Assembly (NCBI GenBank): GCA_963812035.1
Contig: CAWETG010000001.1
Coordinates: 915,594 to 979,593 of the forward strand
DNA: 64,000 bases
Reading direction: 5' to 3'
Source: an uncultured Gemmatimonadales bacterium
Lineage (GTDB): Bacteria > Gemmatimonadota > Gemmatimonadetes > Gemmatimonadales > JACORV01
The notes below the pieces were generated by a model, which saw only the letters and a program-made list of their open reading frames with translations, was not told where the DNA came from and did not search any database. Numbering within the stretch: the first letter of the stretch is position 1; each line of letters starts with the position of its first letter. Shown one piece after another: positions 10,202-19,687 of the stretch. The translations under genes were made by a program, and so were the position numbers.

Positions 10202-11023
10202 CTACGCGCGGGGTCCCGCGGGGCCTGGCGGGGCCTTCGCGCCGATCTCAAGCTCCTGCTGGACGGCCAGCGGCGGCGTGGGCGGTGGCTCCTTCGCCGC
10301 AGCCTTCTGGTGGTGCGCTCCGGCGGTCGAGTCAGCCGACTCCCCGGACGCCGACGCGGCCCGCGAGGCCCTCGCGCGCCCGGCGTCATACCAACGGCGG
10401 GTGACCTCCCCGGCAAGGCCGCTGTTGCCGAGGCCGAAGGCGAGGGCCACCGCCAGGGCCCCGGCGCCCAGGATCAGCGTGAACGCGGTGGTGACGATGT
10501 CGGCGGCGACGCCGATCTGCTGCAGCGCCATGAACACGGAGATGATGATGATCATCGCCTTGGCGACCGTGGCCAGCGTGGGGACGCCTTCGACGGCTCC
10601 GGCCGAGGCGAGGATCAGCGCCCGCACGAACTCGCCGAGCACCAGGCCGAGGACGATCACGATGATCGCCGCGAACACGTTGGGGATGTAGCCGACCAGA
10701 TTGTTGAAGACGTCGTTGATGTTCTGCACGCCGAGGGCCGACGCCGCGAGCAGGATCACGATCAGCATCACCACCCAGAACAGCAGTTTCCCGACGGCGC
10801 GGGCGGGATCGAGCCGCGAGCCGGTGCGCTCCACCGCCTCGGTGACGCCCCAGCGCGCCGCCGACCGGTCGAACTGCACGCGGACGAGGAAGCCGTCCAC
10901 GACGCGCTCCACCAGGCGCGCGACGAAGAACCCCGCTCCCAGGATGACCACCGCCAGAACCAGGCCCGGCAGCAGCCGGCCGATCTGCGTCAGCCCGTCC
11001 CGCAGCCGATCGAACACGTCCAC
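10202..11023 (-). CDS. multi-pass membrane protein (conserved TM-helix repeat / mechanosensitive-channel-like)
   Basis: 273 aa. Several hydrophobic helices and a Pro/Ala-rich tail. Confidence 0.65.
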   Translation of the reverse strand: MDVFDRLRDGLTQIGRLLPGLVLAVVILGAGFFVARLVERVVDGFLVRVQFDRSAARWGVTEAVERTGSRLDPARAVGKLLFWVVMLIVILLAASALGVQNINDVFNNLVGYIPNVFAAIIVIVLGLVLGEFVRALILASAGAVEGVPTLATVAKAMIIIISVFMALQQIGVAADIVTTAFTLILGAGALAVALAFGLGNSGLAGEVTRRWYDAGRARASRAASASGESADSTAGAHHQKAAAKEPPPTPPLAVQQELEIGAKAPPGPAGPRA

Positions 11024-11041
11024 CGAACGCCTCCCGCGGCG

Positions 11042-12079
11042 CTACGCCGCGATCTCCAGCACGAGCTTGCCGAAGTGCTCGCCCGCCGCCAGCCGCTCGA
11101 AGGCGCGGCGCGCGTCACGGATCGGGACCACGCTGTCCACCACCGGTCGCAGCGCCCCGCTCCCGAGCAGGCGCACGACTTCGGCGAACTCCCGCGCGTT
11201 GCCCATCGTCGAGCCCATCAGTGTGTAATGATACCAGAACATGCGGCGCAGGTCGGTCGTCACCCTCGGCCCCGTCGTGGCCCCGCAGGTCACCAGCCGG
11301 CCGCCGGGCGCGAGGGCGCGCAGGCTCTTCTCCCACGTCGCCTCGCCGACCGAGTCGAGCACCACGTCGGCACCGCGGCCGCCCAGCAACCGCCGCAGCT
11401 CCTTCGGCACGTCGCTCGACGCGTGGTTCAGCGCGATGTCGGCCCCGAGTGCTCGCGCCCGCTCGAGCTTGGCGTCGCTCGACGACGTCACGATCACCGT
11501 CGCGCCCAGGAGCTTCGCGATCCGCAGCGCGGCGAGCGCCACGCCGCCGCCGATGCCCCAGATCAGCACCGCCTCGCCCGGCTTCGTGGCCGCGCGGGTC
11601 ACCACCATCCGCCATGCCGTGAGGTGCACCAGCGGGAACGCCGCGGCGTCGGCCCACGACACCGTCTCCGGCACGGGCACGGCGTTCCACTGGGGAACCC
11701 GTACCGCCTCCGCGAAGGTCCCAGGGAGGTGCTCGCCGAGGAGCCGGTACGTCGTGCACAGCGACTGCTCCCCGGCCAGGCAGAACTCGCAGGTCTGGCA
11801 TGAGACACCGGGGTTCAACAGCACCCGATCGCCCGGCTTGACGCGCGTCACGGCGGCTCCGACGGCCTCGACGACCCCGGCCCCATCGGCGCCCAGGACG
11901 TGCGGGAACGCGGGCGGGAGCCCCGGCAGACCGCGCAGCACGAAGAGGTCGAGATGGTTCAGCGCGGCGGCCTTGAGGGAGACTATCACGTCGTCCGGTG
12001 CCGCGACCGCTGGCCGAGGCACGTCCTCGACGCTGAGGACCTCGGGGCCGCCCTGCGAGCGGGTAGTCACGGCAAGCAT
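11042..12079 (-). CDS. zinc-type alcohol dehydrogenase / quinone oxidoreductase family (MDR)
   Basis: 345 aa. GADGAGVVEAVG, C-x2-C-x2-C (CQTCEFC) structural zinc site, GIGGGVALAALRIAK Rossmann. Confidence 0.9.
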   Translation of the reverse strand: MLAVTTRSQGGPEVLSVEDVPRPAVAAPDDVIVSLKAAALNHLDLFVLRGLPGLPPAFPHVLGADGAGVVEAVGAAVTRVKPGDRVLLNPGVSCQTCEFCLAGEQSLCTTYRLLGEHLPGTFAEAVRVPQWNAVPVPETVSWADAAAFPLVHLTAWRMVVTRAATKPGEAVLIWGIGGGVALAALRIAKLLGATVIVTSSSDAKLERARALGADIALNHASSDVPKELRRLLGGRGADVVLDSVGEATWEKSLRALAPGGRLVTCGATTGPRVTTDLRRMFWYHYTLMGSTMGNAREFAEVVRLLGSGALRPVVDSVVPIRDARRAFERLAAGEHFGKLVLEIAA

Positions 12080-12108
12080 GGCGCAAAATCTACGAAGGGG
12101 TGCAAAAC

Positions 12109-12139
12109 GAAGATAGCCGCGACAGCCGCGGCTATCTTC
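12109..12139 (-). terminator. rho-independent terminator after the Big_2/TolB-like gene
   Basis: 13-bp perfect stem gaagatagccgcg/cgcggctatcttc with a 5-nt loop. On the minus strand it is followed by GTTTTG. Confidence 0.7.
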
Positions 12140-12163
12140 CGACGATCCAGGAGCCGGCCGGCG

Positions 12164-14593
12164 CTAGTGCTGCGCCGGCGGCGCTTGCGGTGCCGCGGGC
12201 CGGAACGCCGGCCCGCCTATCCGGTCCGCGCCCGTCAGCCCCAACGGCGTCCGCGCGCCCGTCACCCGCTCGAAGAGCTCGACGTGTGGAACGTCGTGGG
12301 TCTGGTCCGCCGGCACGACCGCCAGCGCCAGCGTGCGGCCGTCCGCGCTGACGCTGTAGGCCTGGACGAACAAACCGGCCGGCGTAAGGGGCGTCGCCAC
12401 CCCGGTCGTGAGATCCTGACTGTACACCCGCTTGCCGGGCGGGTTGCCGCTCTCGAGCCGCAGATAGTAGAACGATTTCCCATCCGGCGCGTACTCGGGT
12501 GAATCCTCGACGCGCCCCGTCGTCAGATGCTGCTCCGCGCCCGTGCCATCGAGGTTCATCTGGTAGATGTTGTAATTGCGATCCCGCAACGAGACGTACA
12601 GCAGCCTCTTGCCGTCGGGCGACACCACCGGCTGCGTGTTCGGATTGGCGCCCGTGGTGAGCTGGCGCCGCCCTGTCCCGTCCCGGTTGATGATGTACAG
12701 CTGCGTCTTTCCGCTCCGGCCGGCCTCGAACACGATCTGGTCGCCCACCGGGCCCACGAAGGCCGGCGAGTGCACCGACGCCGAGTCGTGGGTGAGGCGG
12801 TGCCCATCGGTTCCGTCCACGTTCGCCACGTACAGATCGAACAGCTCCGGCCCCGGAGGCGCGGCGACGTAGGCGATCCGCGTCCAGTCCGGGGACCACG
12901 CCACCTGCAGCTTCAGCCCGCTGTCCGCGGTGAGGGAACGCACCTTCGGGGGATCACCGCGCTGGACCATGAGGAGGTCCCACCGCCCGCCCCGCTGCGC
13001 CGACACCAGCAGGTCTCCCACCACGTACGCATCCGCGGTGACCGTCGAGTCCCACGCAGCCCGGGCCTGGAGCTGGGCGTGCCCCATCGCGACGCCAACC
13101 GCGCGCCCGTCGGTCACCCGCGCGATCGAGTCGGCGGAGGACCGCCAGGTGAGTGCCGACGCGGGGCCGAGGGGCCGGCGACGATCGTCGAGCAACTGCA
13201 CCTCGAGCGGCAGCTGCTCACCCAACGGCAGGGCGAATCGCGGCGCCGCAACTTGGAGACCGCCTGCCACCACCCGTACGTGCCAGCTGTGGTAGATGGA
13301 ATCGGTGCGGCTGGCCCGCGCCGCCACCCGAATCCGCGTGTCTCCCATCTTGATGCCGCGCAGCGTCATGGTCGCAGTGTCCAGGCGCGCGATGGTGCTG
13401 TCGGGCAGCATCCAGTGCACCGGGACCCCTTCGACCGGCGCCGTATCGGCCCCGTAGAACCGGGCGCCGATGGTGGTCGTGCCCTGCATCGCGAGCGTGA
13501 CGAGGGTGTCGGGCGGAGTGCCGATCACGCGATGGATCGGCGGATGCACGGTGACCGTCGTGGCGATATCGGGGAAGAACCCGCTGGTCGCCTTGATGGT
13601 GGCGATGCCCGGCGCCACAGCGGTGATGATCGGCGCAACCGGCGAAACCTGCACCTTCGTGGAGTCCGAGGTCAGGAACTGGAACGACGTATGCGCGGGA
13701 TCCAGGCGCCGCCGATCCTTCATCACCACCAGATCGAGCGTGTCCACGACGCCCGGCGCCAGGGACAGCGCGCGCTGCGCGAACTGCACGCTGTCACCGC
13801 TGACCTCGACCGCGATCTGTTTCGGGGCCCAGCGGGCGCCCGGCACCGTCACCGTCAGCACGGCGTGCCCCGTATCGCCCACCGACGAAACCAAGCCGAA
13901 CGAATCCACCTGGGCGACTCGCCCGGCGTCCACGGTGAACGTGACGCATGCCGGCTCAGCGACTTCGCCGGCCATGCCCTTGACCGTGTGGTACTCCAGC
14001 TGAGCGGACTCGCCCTTGATCAGCTTGACCCGCTGCGGACTCACGACGAGTCCGTCTGCCACTCCGGTGCCCGCCGGCTGCCGCGCCATCGCGGCGCAGC
14101 CAATCCCCAACGAACGTCCCCGAGCTGCCGGAGGCTGTGCCGGGGCACTCGGCACTGGTTGCGCCTGAGGCTGCGCCGGGGCATTCGGCGCCGGTTGCGC
14201 CTGAGGCTGCGGCGCGACGCTCGCCGCGAACACATAGACGGTCGCCGGTTCACTGATATGGACTGTCCGGCCGCTCCGGTAGCGCGCAGTGAGCAGCGCG
14301 GTGCCTACGGCATGCCCGGTCACAGTGCCGTTGGAGTCTACGGTCGCGATGGTCGGCTTGTCCGAATGGTAGGTGAACGTCGTGACTTCGGCGACGGCGC
14401 GCCCTGCCCGGTCGATGGCTATCGGGAAGACCTGTGTCGTCTGCCCAACCTGAACGTGATACTCGTTGGGCGACATCACCACCGACGCCACCGCCGGCGG
14501 CCGCTGGGCGACGCCCACGGTAGGGAGGAGTGCCGCCGCGGCAGCCACGCAGGTCGCCGCCAGAACCGTCAATCGCTTGGTGTTCATCCGCAT
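12164..14593 (-). CDS. secreted protein with bacterial Ig-like (Big_2) domains and a TolB-like beta-propeller (PD40 repeats)
   Basis: Track ORF 12164..14878; likely start MRMNTKRLTVLAATCVAAAAALLP (ATG 14593, signal peptide). C-terminal SPDGKRLLYVS / APDGKSFYYL PD40-type repeats. Confidence 0.8.
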   Translation of the reverse strand: MRMNTKRLTVLAATCVAAAAALLPTVGVAQRPPAVASVVMSPNEYHVQVGQTTQVFPIAIDRAGRAVAEVTTFTYHSDKPTIATVDSNGTVTGHAVGTALLTARYRSGRTVHISEPATVYVFAASVAPQPQAQPAPNAPAQPQAQPVPSAPAQPPAARGRSLGIGCAAMARQPAGTGVADGLVVSPQRVKLIKGESAQLEYHTVKGMAGEVAEPACVTFTVDAGRVAQVDSFGLVSSVGDTGHAVLTVTVPGARWAPKQIAVEVSGDSVQFAQRALSLAPGVVDTLDLVVMKDRRRLDPAHTSFQFLTSDSTKVQVSPVAPIITAVAPGIATIKATSGFFPDIATTVTVHPPIHRVIGTPPDTLVTLAMQGTTTIGARFYGADTAPVEGVPVHWMLPDSTIARLDTATMTLRGIKMGDTRIRVAARASRTDSIYHSWHVRVVAGGLQVAAPRFALPLGEQLPLEVQLLDDRRRPLGPASALTWRSSADSIARVTDGRAVGVAMGHAQLQARAAWDSTVTADAYVVGDLLVSAQRGGRWDLLMVQRGDPPKVRSLTADSGLKLQVAWSPDWTRIAYVAAPPGPELFDLYVANVDGTDGHRLTHDSASVHSPAFVGPVGDQIVFEAGRSGKTQLYIINRDGTGRRQLTTGANPNTQPVVSPDGKRLLYVSLRDRNYNIYQMNLDGTGAEQHLTTGRVEDSPEYAPDGKSFYYLRLESGNPPGKRVYSQDLTTGVATPLTPAGLFVQAYSVSADGRTLALAVVPADQTHDVPHVELFERVTGARTPLGLTGADRIGGPAFRPAAPQAPPAQH

Positions 14594-14934
14594 CGCCTGG
14601 TGTTCATCTCGCGCAAAGAAGGGGGTCCGGACCCGGGGTGTCAAGCATTTTCGCCTGCTGCTGCTGCAATCGGGGCGCGGTCGTCGCGAAGCCATCCCGC
14701 AGGCCACCCACCCCTCCGGCGAACCGCACGGTCTCAATTGCGATAGGTCCGCTCGGCTTGTGGATTTCGAGGAGGATGGCGGGAAGAAGCACCGAGCTGG
14801 ACCGCACGCGTGAGCGCATGTACCGGGGACCTCGCGACCCGCGCCGGACCGCTTGCGAAGTGGAGATTCGCAGGCCATGTATAGAGCCGCTCAACCGAGC
14901 GACAGAAGCGCCAAATCCGTTGGGAGGTACGCTC

Positions 14935-15366
14935 ATGCTGTTCGACGACATGACGGGAATGGGAGGATGGGAGCCGCCGTCATCCATGCCTCCGCAGCCA
15001 CCGCCGCCGACCTGGACACCGCCGCCGCCACCTGCGGTTGCACCCAAGCCGGCGCCGATGCCCGCGCCCAAGCCGGCGCCGATGCCCGCGCCCAAGCCGG
15101 CACCGATGCCCGCGCCCAAGCCGGCACCGATGCCCGCGCCTAAGCCGGCACCGATGCCCGCGCCTAAGCCGGCACCCAAGCCCGTGGTGAAGAAGAAGGC
15201 CGCCCCGAAGCGGAAGAAGGCGGCCAAGAAGAAGGTGTCACCCAAGCGGAAGGCGGCCAGGAAGCCGGTCCGCCGGAAGACGGCCAAGAAGAAGCCCGCC
15301 AAGCGGAAGGCGGCGAAGAAGCGGGCTGCGCCGAAGCGCAAGCCCCGCGGCAAGAAGCGCCGCTAG
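14935..15366 (+). CDS. Pro-rich/Lys-rich repeat protein (histone H1/AlgP-like basic tail)
   Basis: ATG 14935 lies 7 nt after GGGAGG. MLFDDMTGMGGWEPP..(KPAPMPAP)x5..KKKAAPKRKKAAKKK. Confidence 0.6.
   Translation: MLFDDMTGMGGWEPPSSMPPQPPPPTWTPPPPPAVAPKPAPMPAPKPAPMPAPKPAPMPAPKPAPMPAPKPAPMPAPKPAPKPVVKKKAAPKRKKAAKKKVSPKRKAARKPVRRKTAKKKPAKRKAAKKRAAPKRKPRGKKRR
15043..15180 (+). repeat. 24-bp tandem repeat (5 full units plus a partial one) encoding KPAPMPAP
   Basis: cccaagccggcRccgatgcccgcg repeated head to tail, with only synonymous or near-synonymous variation. Confidence 0.9.
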
Positions 15367-16139
15367 AAGACTTCGACCGTTCCGGCAAGCACCTGCCTCG
15401 CGCGCGCGGCGATCACTTCGAGCCGCGCGCGCGCGACGGGCTTGATCCGCGAATCGGCGGGCGGGCGCGCAATTGAGTAGACCTGCACGGCCTTCGGCTG
15501 CAGCCGGGCCAGCGCGTCCAGCCACTCGGCGACCGCCGGCTCGGATGCGCCGCTGTACCCCGGCCCTTCCACCACCAGCGCCTGCACCGTCACGTCCACC
15601 AGACCGCGAAGGTCCTCCACCAGACGATTTCGGTCGTACGCAACGCCGTTGACGAGCGGCGCCGGCCCCGGATCGAGCTTCATCAGCCGTTCGTCCACGC
15701 GATTCAGGCTCTCCCGCACGGCCGGCTTGCCTGACGACAAGCCGTTCGACATCACGACGACTTTCACCCCGGGCGCGACGCTGTCGCGCACCTCGAGCAC
15801 GCGCGCCACCACCACGGGGAAGCGTGGATGCATGGTCGGCTCGCCGTTGCCCGCGAAGGTCACCCAGTCGGGGGGCTCGCTCATCCGCTCGAGGGTCTTC
15901 CGCACCGCGTCCGCCACCAGGTCCGGCGACGGCCAGCGGGAATGCGGCGCCTTCGGCGTGTTGAAGCCGCACTCGCAGTACGGGCAATCGAACGTGCACA
16001 GCTTGGAGTGCAGGGGGATGAGATTCAACCCGAGGCTGACGCCGAGCCGGCGCGAGCGCACCGGCCCGTTGATGATGCCGTCCCACAGGAAGGTGCCTTC
16101 GAGCTTGCCGGGGGGAGGCAAAGAGCCGAGACGATCCAT
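15363..16139 (-). CDS. radical SAM domain protein
   Basis: Last 258 aa of track ORF 15363..17027, from ATG 16139. CTFDCPYCEC = CxxxCxxC cluster motif. Confidence 0.8.
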   Translation of the reverse strand: MDRLGSLPPPGKLEGTFLWDGIINGPVRSRRLGVSLGLNLIPLHSKLCTFDCPYCECGFNTPKAPHSRWPSPDLVADAVRKTLERMSEPPDWVTFAGNGEPTMHPRFPVVVARVLEVRDSVAPGVKVVVMSNGLSSGKPAVRESLNRVDERLMKLDPGPAPLVNGVAYDRNRLVEDLRGLVDVTVQALVVEGPGYSGASEPAVAEWLDALARLQPKAVQVYSIARPPADSRIKPVARARLEVIAARARQVLAGTVEVF

Positions 16140-16235
16140 TGCCGGAAACGTAGTCCGGCCTTGCGACCATCGCCACGCTTCATAGGTTGACCATATGCCG
16201 CTGGCGAGAACCTGTTCGCTCCGGCGCCTGCCCCG

Positions 16236-17555
16236 ATGAACGCCCGCCAGGCGCCGTTCGTCGTGGCGGCCGCGTCCGCCCTGATCGGCAGCGCGATCGG
16301 CCTGGCGCTGCGCGGGGTCGAACCCGCCGCGACCTGGCTGTACCAGGCCGCGTGGTACCCGACCATCGCGGGGATGGCCGCCCTCGTCGCGCGCCGCGAA
16401 GGGCGCGACCCATTCACGGCCAACCCGCTGCACGCGCTGTCGCTCTTCGCGTGGTCGGCGGTCTTCTGGTTCTTCTTCGAGTTGCTGAATTGGCGCCTCG
16501 ACAACTGGTACTACATCAACGTGCCGGCCGACCGGGCCGAGCGGTGGATCGGCATCTCGCTCGCCTTCGCCACGGTGCTCCCGGCCATCTTCCTCGCGGC
16601 CCGCACGCTGGAGGCGTGGAACGTGTTCCGGAGCGTGCCCACGCGACCGATGCGCGTCACCGTGCCTGGGCTCCGTCTCACGTCGCTGGCCGGGATGGTG
16701 TTCCTCGTGCTGCCATTGGTGTGGCCGCGCTGGTTCTTCCCGCTGGTCTGGGGCGCCACGACGCTGCTGGCCGAGCCGGCGCTCTACCGCCGAGAGCGGC
16801 GGTGGTCGCTGATCGGCGACCTCGAGCGTGGTGAGCTGGGACGCATCCTGCGCCTGCTGGTGGGCGGCGCCGGCATCGGGTTGCTGTGGGAGCTGTACAA
16901 CTCGATCGCGCGCAGTCGCTGGATCTACACGGTCCCCGGTCTGGAGAACCTCAAACTCTTCGAGATGCCGCTGCTCGGTTTTCTCGGCTTTCCGGTGTTC
17001 GCCCTCGAATGCTGGTCCGTGTTCCACCTCCTCGCGTGCTTCGGCATCTCCACGCCCGAGCAGCTGTCCAGCCGGCCGGTGCGCCTCCGCCGCAAGGTCG
17101 GGACGGCGGCGGCCGGGGTGGCCTTCGCCGTGTGCGTGCTCGCGGGGATGGAGCGTTTCTCCATCAGCAGCACCACGCCGCGACTCATCGGCGTGCCAGG
17201 CCTGCCGGCGTCGGTCGCGTTCCGCCTCTCCGCGGCGGGGAAATCGCCCTTCACCCTCGCGCGGGAGCCGGCCAGCGAATTGGCTCGCGAGACGGACGTC
17301 AGCGTGGACCAGGCGCTGCGCTGGATCGAGGCGGCACGCCTGTGCACCCTGCGGGGCATCGGGACCGAGAACGCGACCCGATTGGCGAAAGTCGGCGTAA
17401 CGGACGTGGCCACGCTCGCGCGGCAGGACCCCGACAGCCTGGTCGCCCGCCTCCGCGTCGCGGCGCCCGGCGATCCCCCGCCGCGCCGGCCGACGCCGGC
17501 GGAAGCGCGGGTCTGGGTCAGGGCCGCACGCGCCACTTTCGGCTGGACGAGTTGA
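16236..17555 (+). CDS. polytopic membrane protein with C-terminal helix-hairpin-helix-like (DUF4332-like) region
   Basis: 439 aa. About 8 hydrophobic segments, then a soluble tail (LRGIGTENATRLAKVGVTDVATLA). Confidence 0.65.
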   Translation: MNARQAPFVVAAASALIGSAIGLALRGVEPAATWLYQAAWYPTIAGMAALVARREGRDPFTANPLHALSLFAWSAVFWFFFELLNWRLDNWYYINVPADRAERWIGISLAFATVLPAIFLAARTLEAWNVFRSVPTRPMRVTVPGLRLTSLAGMVFLVLPLVWPRWFFPLVWGATTLLAEPALYRRERRWSLIGDLERGELGRILRLLVGGAGIGLLWELYNSIARSRWIYTVPGLENLKLFEMPLLGFLGFPVFALECWSVFHLLACFGISTPEQLSSRPVRLRRKVGTAAAGVAFAVCVLAGMERFSISSTTPRLIGVPGLPASVAFRLSAAGKSPFTLAREPASELARETDVSVDQALRWIEAARLCTLRGIGTENATRLAKVGVTDVATLARQDPDSLVARLRVAAPGDPPPRRPTPAEARVWVRAARATFGWTS

Positions 17556-19261
17556 TGCGCGCGCCGCTCGTGATCGCGGGCGCGGCGCTCATCGCCGCGG
17601 CGCTGGCCGCCGTTCCTCCACGAGCCCAGCGCACTCCCGACTACGACGTCCTGCTCGTCGGCGGCACGGTGGTCGACGGCACGGGCTCGCCCCGCCGGAC
17701 GGCCGACGTCGGCATCACCGGCGATCGGATCGCCGCGATCGGCGACCTGAGCGGCCACACCGCGCGCCGCACCATCGACGCATCGGGGCTCGTCGTGGCG
17801 CCCGGCTTCATCGACATGCTGGGACACTCGGAGGCCACGATCCTGGTGGACCCCCGGGGCGTGAGCAAGGTGACGCAGGGCATCACGACCGAGATCACCG
17901 GCGAGGGACTCTCCGCGGCGCCGGTCGACGCCAATACGCTGCGCGACGACAGCGCGCAGGATGCGGCGTGGGGACTCGTCGTGGATTGGCACGACCTCGA
18001 CGGCTACTTCCGCCGCCTCGAGCGCTCCGGCACGCCGATCAACATCGCGACCTTCGTGGGCGCGACCCAGGTGCGGAAGTACGTCATGGGCGACGCCCGG
18101 CGCGCCCCCACCGCGCCGGAGCTGGCGCAGATGGAGGCGCTGGTCGACACCGCCATGCGGCAGGGCGCGCTGGGCGTCTCGTCGGCGCTGGGGTACGCGC
18201 CCGCCACCTACGCGACCACCGGCGAGCTCGTGGCGCTGGCCCGTGTCGCCGCCCGCTACCATGGACTGTACGCCACCCACATCCGCAGCGAAGGTGACCG
18301 CATCGACCAGGCCCTCACCGAGGCGTTCGACATCGGCCGCCGGGCCGACATGCCGGTCGAAGTGTGGCACCTCAAGGTTGCGGGGCGCGCGAACTGGGGC
18401 CGGATGGGCGCGATCCTGCGGAGGTTCGAGGCGCTGCGCGCCGCCGGTCGGCGCGTCGGAGCCAACAGCTACCCGTACACCGCGTCGGCGACGAGCCTGG
18501 ACGCCGCGATTCCCGCGTGGGCCCACGCCGGCGGCCCCGACTCGCTGATCGCGCGCCTGCGCGACCCGGCGACGCGCGCCCGCCTCAAGCGCGCGATGGG
18601 GGACCACTGGGGCACCGGAGGCCGGAACGCGGCCGGGAACGCCGGCGCCGGAGCGCTGTCGGGCGTCATGGTGCTCGACGTGCTCGACTCGACGCTGCGC
18701 CGCTTCGAGGGGCGCCGGATCTCGGACATCGCGCGCCAGGAAGGGAAGGACCCCTACGACGTGCTGTTCGACCTCATCGTGGCGGATCACGCGGGCACCG
18801 GCGCCGCATTCTTCTTGATGAGCGAGGAGGACGTCGAGGCCGCCCTCGCGGCGCCGTGGGTCGGCGTCGGCTCCGACTTCGGCGCCACCGCGCCCGACGG
18901 CCCCCTCAACATGCGGCGCGTGCATCCGCGCGCCTACGGCACGTTCCCGCGCATCCTCGGCCGCTACGTGCGCGAGGAGCACGCTCTGACGCTCGAAACC
19001 GCGATTCACAAGATGACCGGCGTCGCCGCCGAGCGGATGGGCCTCGCGGGTCGCGGCATTCTGCGGCCGGGCAACTACGCCGACATCGCCGTCTTCGATC
19101 CCGGCACCGTGGCCGACCGCGCCACCTTCGAGGATCCGCACCAGCCGGCGGTCGGCATCCGCTACGTGATGGTGAACGGACGGCTCACGCTGGACGATGG
19201 GCATCTCACCGGAGAGCACCCCGGCCGCGCGCTGCGCGGCCCCGGCTGGCAGGGACCGTGA
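17555..19261 (+). CDS. N-acyl-D-amino-acid deacylase (D-aminoacylase) family amidohydrolase
   Basis: Last 568 aa of track ORF 16886..19261, from ATG 17555 (TGATG overlap with the upstream stop). Signal peptide, DVLLVGGTVVDGTG..APGFIDMLGHSE.. Confidence 0.85.
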   Translation: MRAPLVIAGAALIAAALAAVPPRAQRTPDYDVLLVGGTVVDGTGSPRRTADVGITGDRIAAIGDLSGHTARRTIDASGLVVAPGFIDMLGHSEATILVDPRGVSKVTQGITTEITGEGLSAAPVDANTLRDDSAQDAAWGLVVDWHDLDGYFRRLERSGTPINIATFVGATQVRKYVMGDARRAPTAPELAQMEALVDTAMRQGALGVSSALGYAPATYATTGELVALARVAARYHGLYATHIRSEGDRIDQALTEAFDIGRRADMPVEVWHLKVAGRANWGRMGAILRRFEALRAAGRRVGANSYPYTASATSLDAAIPAWAHAGGPDSLIARLRDPATRARLKRAMGDHWGTGGRNAAGNAGAGALSGVMVLDVLDSTLRRFEGRRISDIARQEGKDPYDVLFDLIVADHAGTGAAFFLMSEEDVEAALAAPWVGVGSDFGATAPDGPLNMRRVHPRAYGTFPRILGRYVREEHALTLETAIHKMTGVAAERMGLAGRGILRPGNYADIAVFDPGTVADRATFEDPHQPAVGIRYVMVNGRLTLDDGHLTGEHPGRALRGPGWQGP

Positions 19262-19665
19262 GCCTGACGCCGATCGGGATCACGTTCGGCCTGGTCGCCG
19301 TGGTGTTCATCGCGACTGGGACGGCATCGGTGCGGTGGGAAGACAGGGGCTGGGGGCTAGGGGCTAGGGGTTCGTCCGCACCCACCGCCCCACTGGACTG
19401 GGGCGCGGCCGTCCGGATCGCGTGGCTGCCGGCCACGGCCGAGGCGTTGGTGCTGACGCTTCTCGCCGCACTCTGGTTCGGCTCCCTCGGTCATGGCGGC
19501 TGGGTGCTGGTCTTCCTGCTGCTGGGGGCCCTCGCCAGCGGCGGGGATCGGTGGCTGCGGCAGCGCCTGGCAGGTACGCCGGCCGGGAACGAGCTCAAGC
19601 CCTTCATCGCGGGGCTGGTGAAATATCTGCTGGCCGGGGCGCTGTGCGCTTGGTGCCTCTCTTGA
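19258..19665 (+). CDS. small membrane protein (135 aa)
   Basis: GTG 19258 forms a GTGA overlap with the deacylase stop. Hydrophobic helices (ITFGLVAVVFIATG, VLTLLAALWFGSLG, WVLVFLLLGALA). Confidence 0.5.
   Translation: MSLTPIGITFGLVAVVFIATGTASVRWEDRGWGLGARGSSAPTAPLDWGAAVRIAWLPATAEALVLTLLAALWFGSLGHGGWVLVFLLLGALASGGDRWLRQRLAGTPAGNELKPFIAGLVKYLLAGALCAWCLS
19346..19370 (+). other. canonical G-quadruplex motif / 7-nt tandem repeat
   Basis: GGGG-CT-GGGGG-CTA-GGGG-CTA-GGGG read directly on the plus strand. Confidence 0.7.
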
Positions 19666-19687
19666 CACCCTCGTAGCTTTCCTGCCC

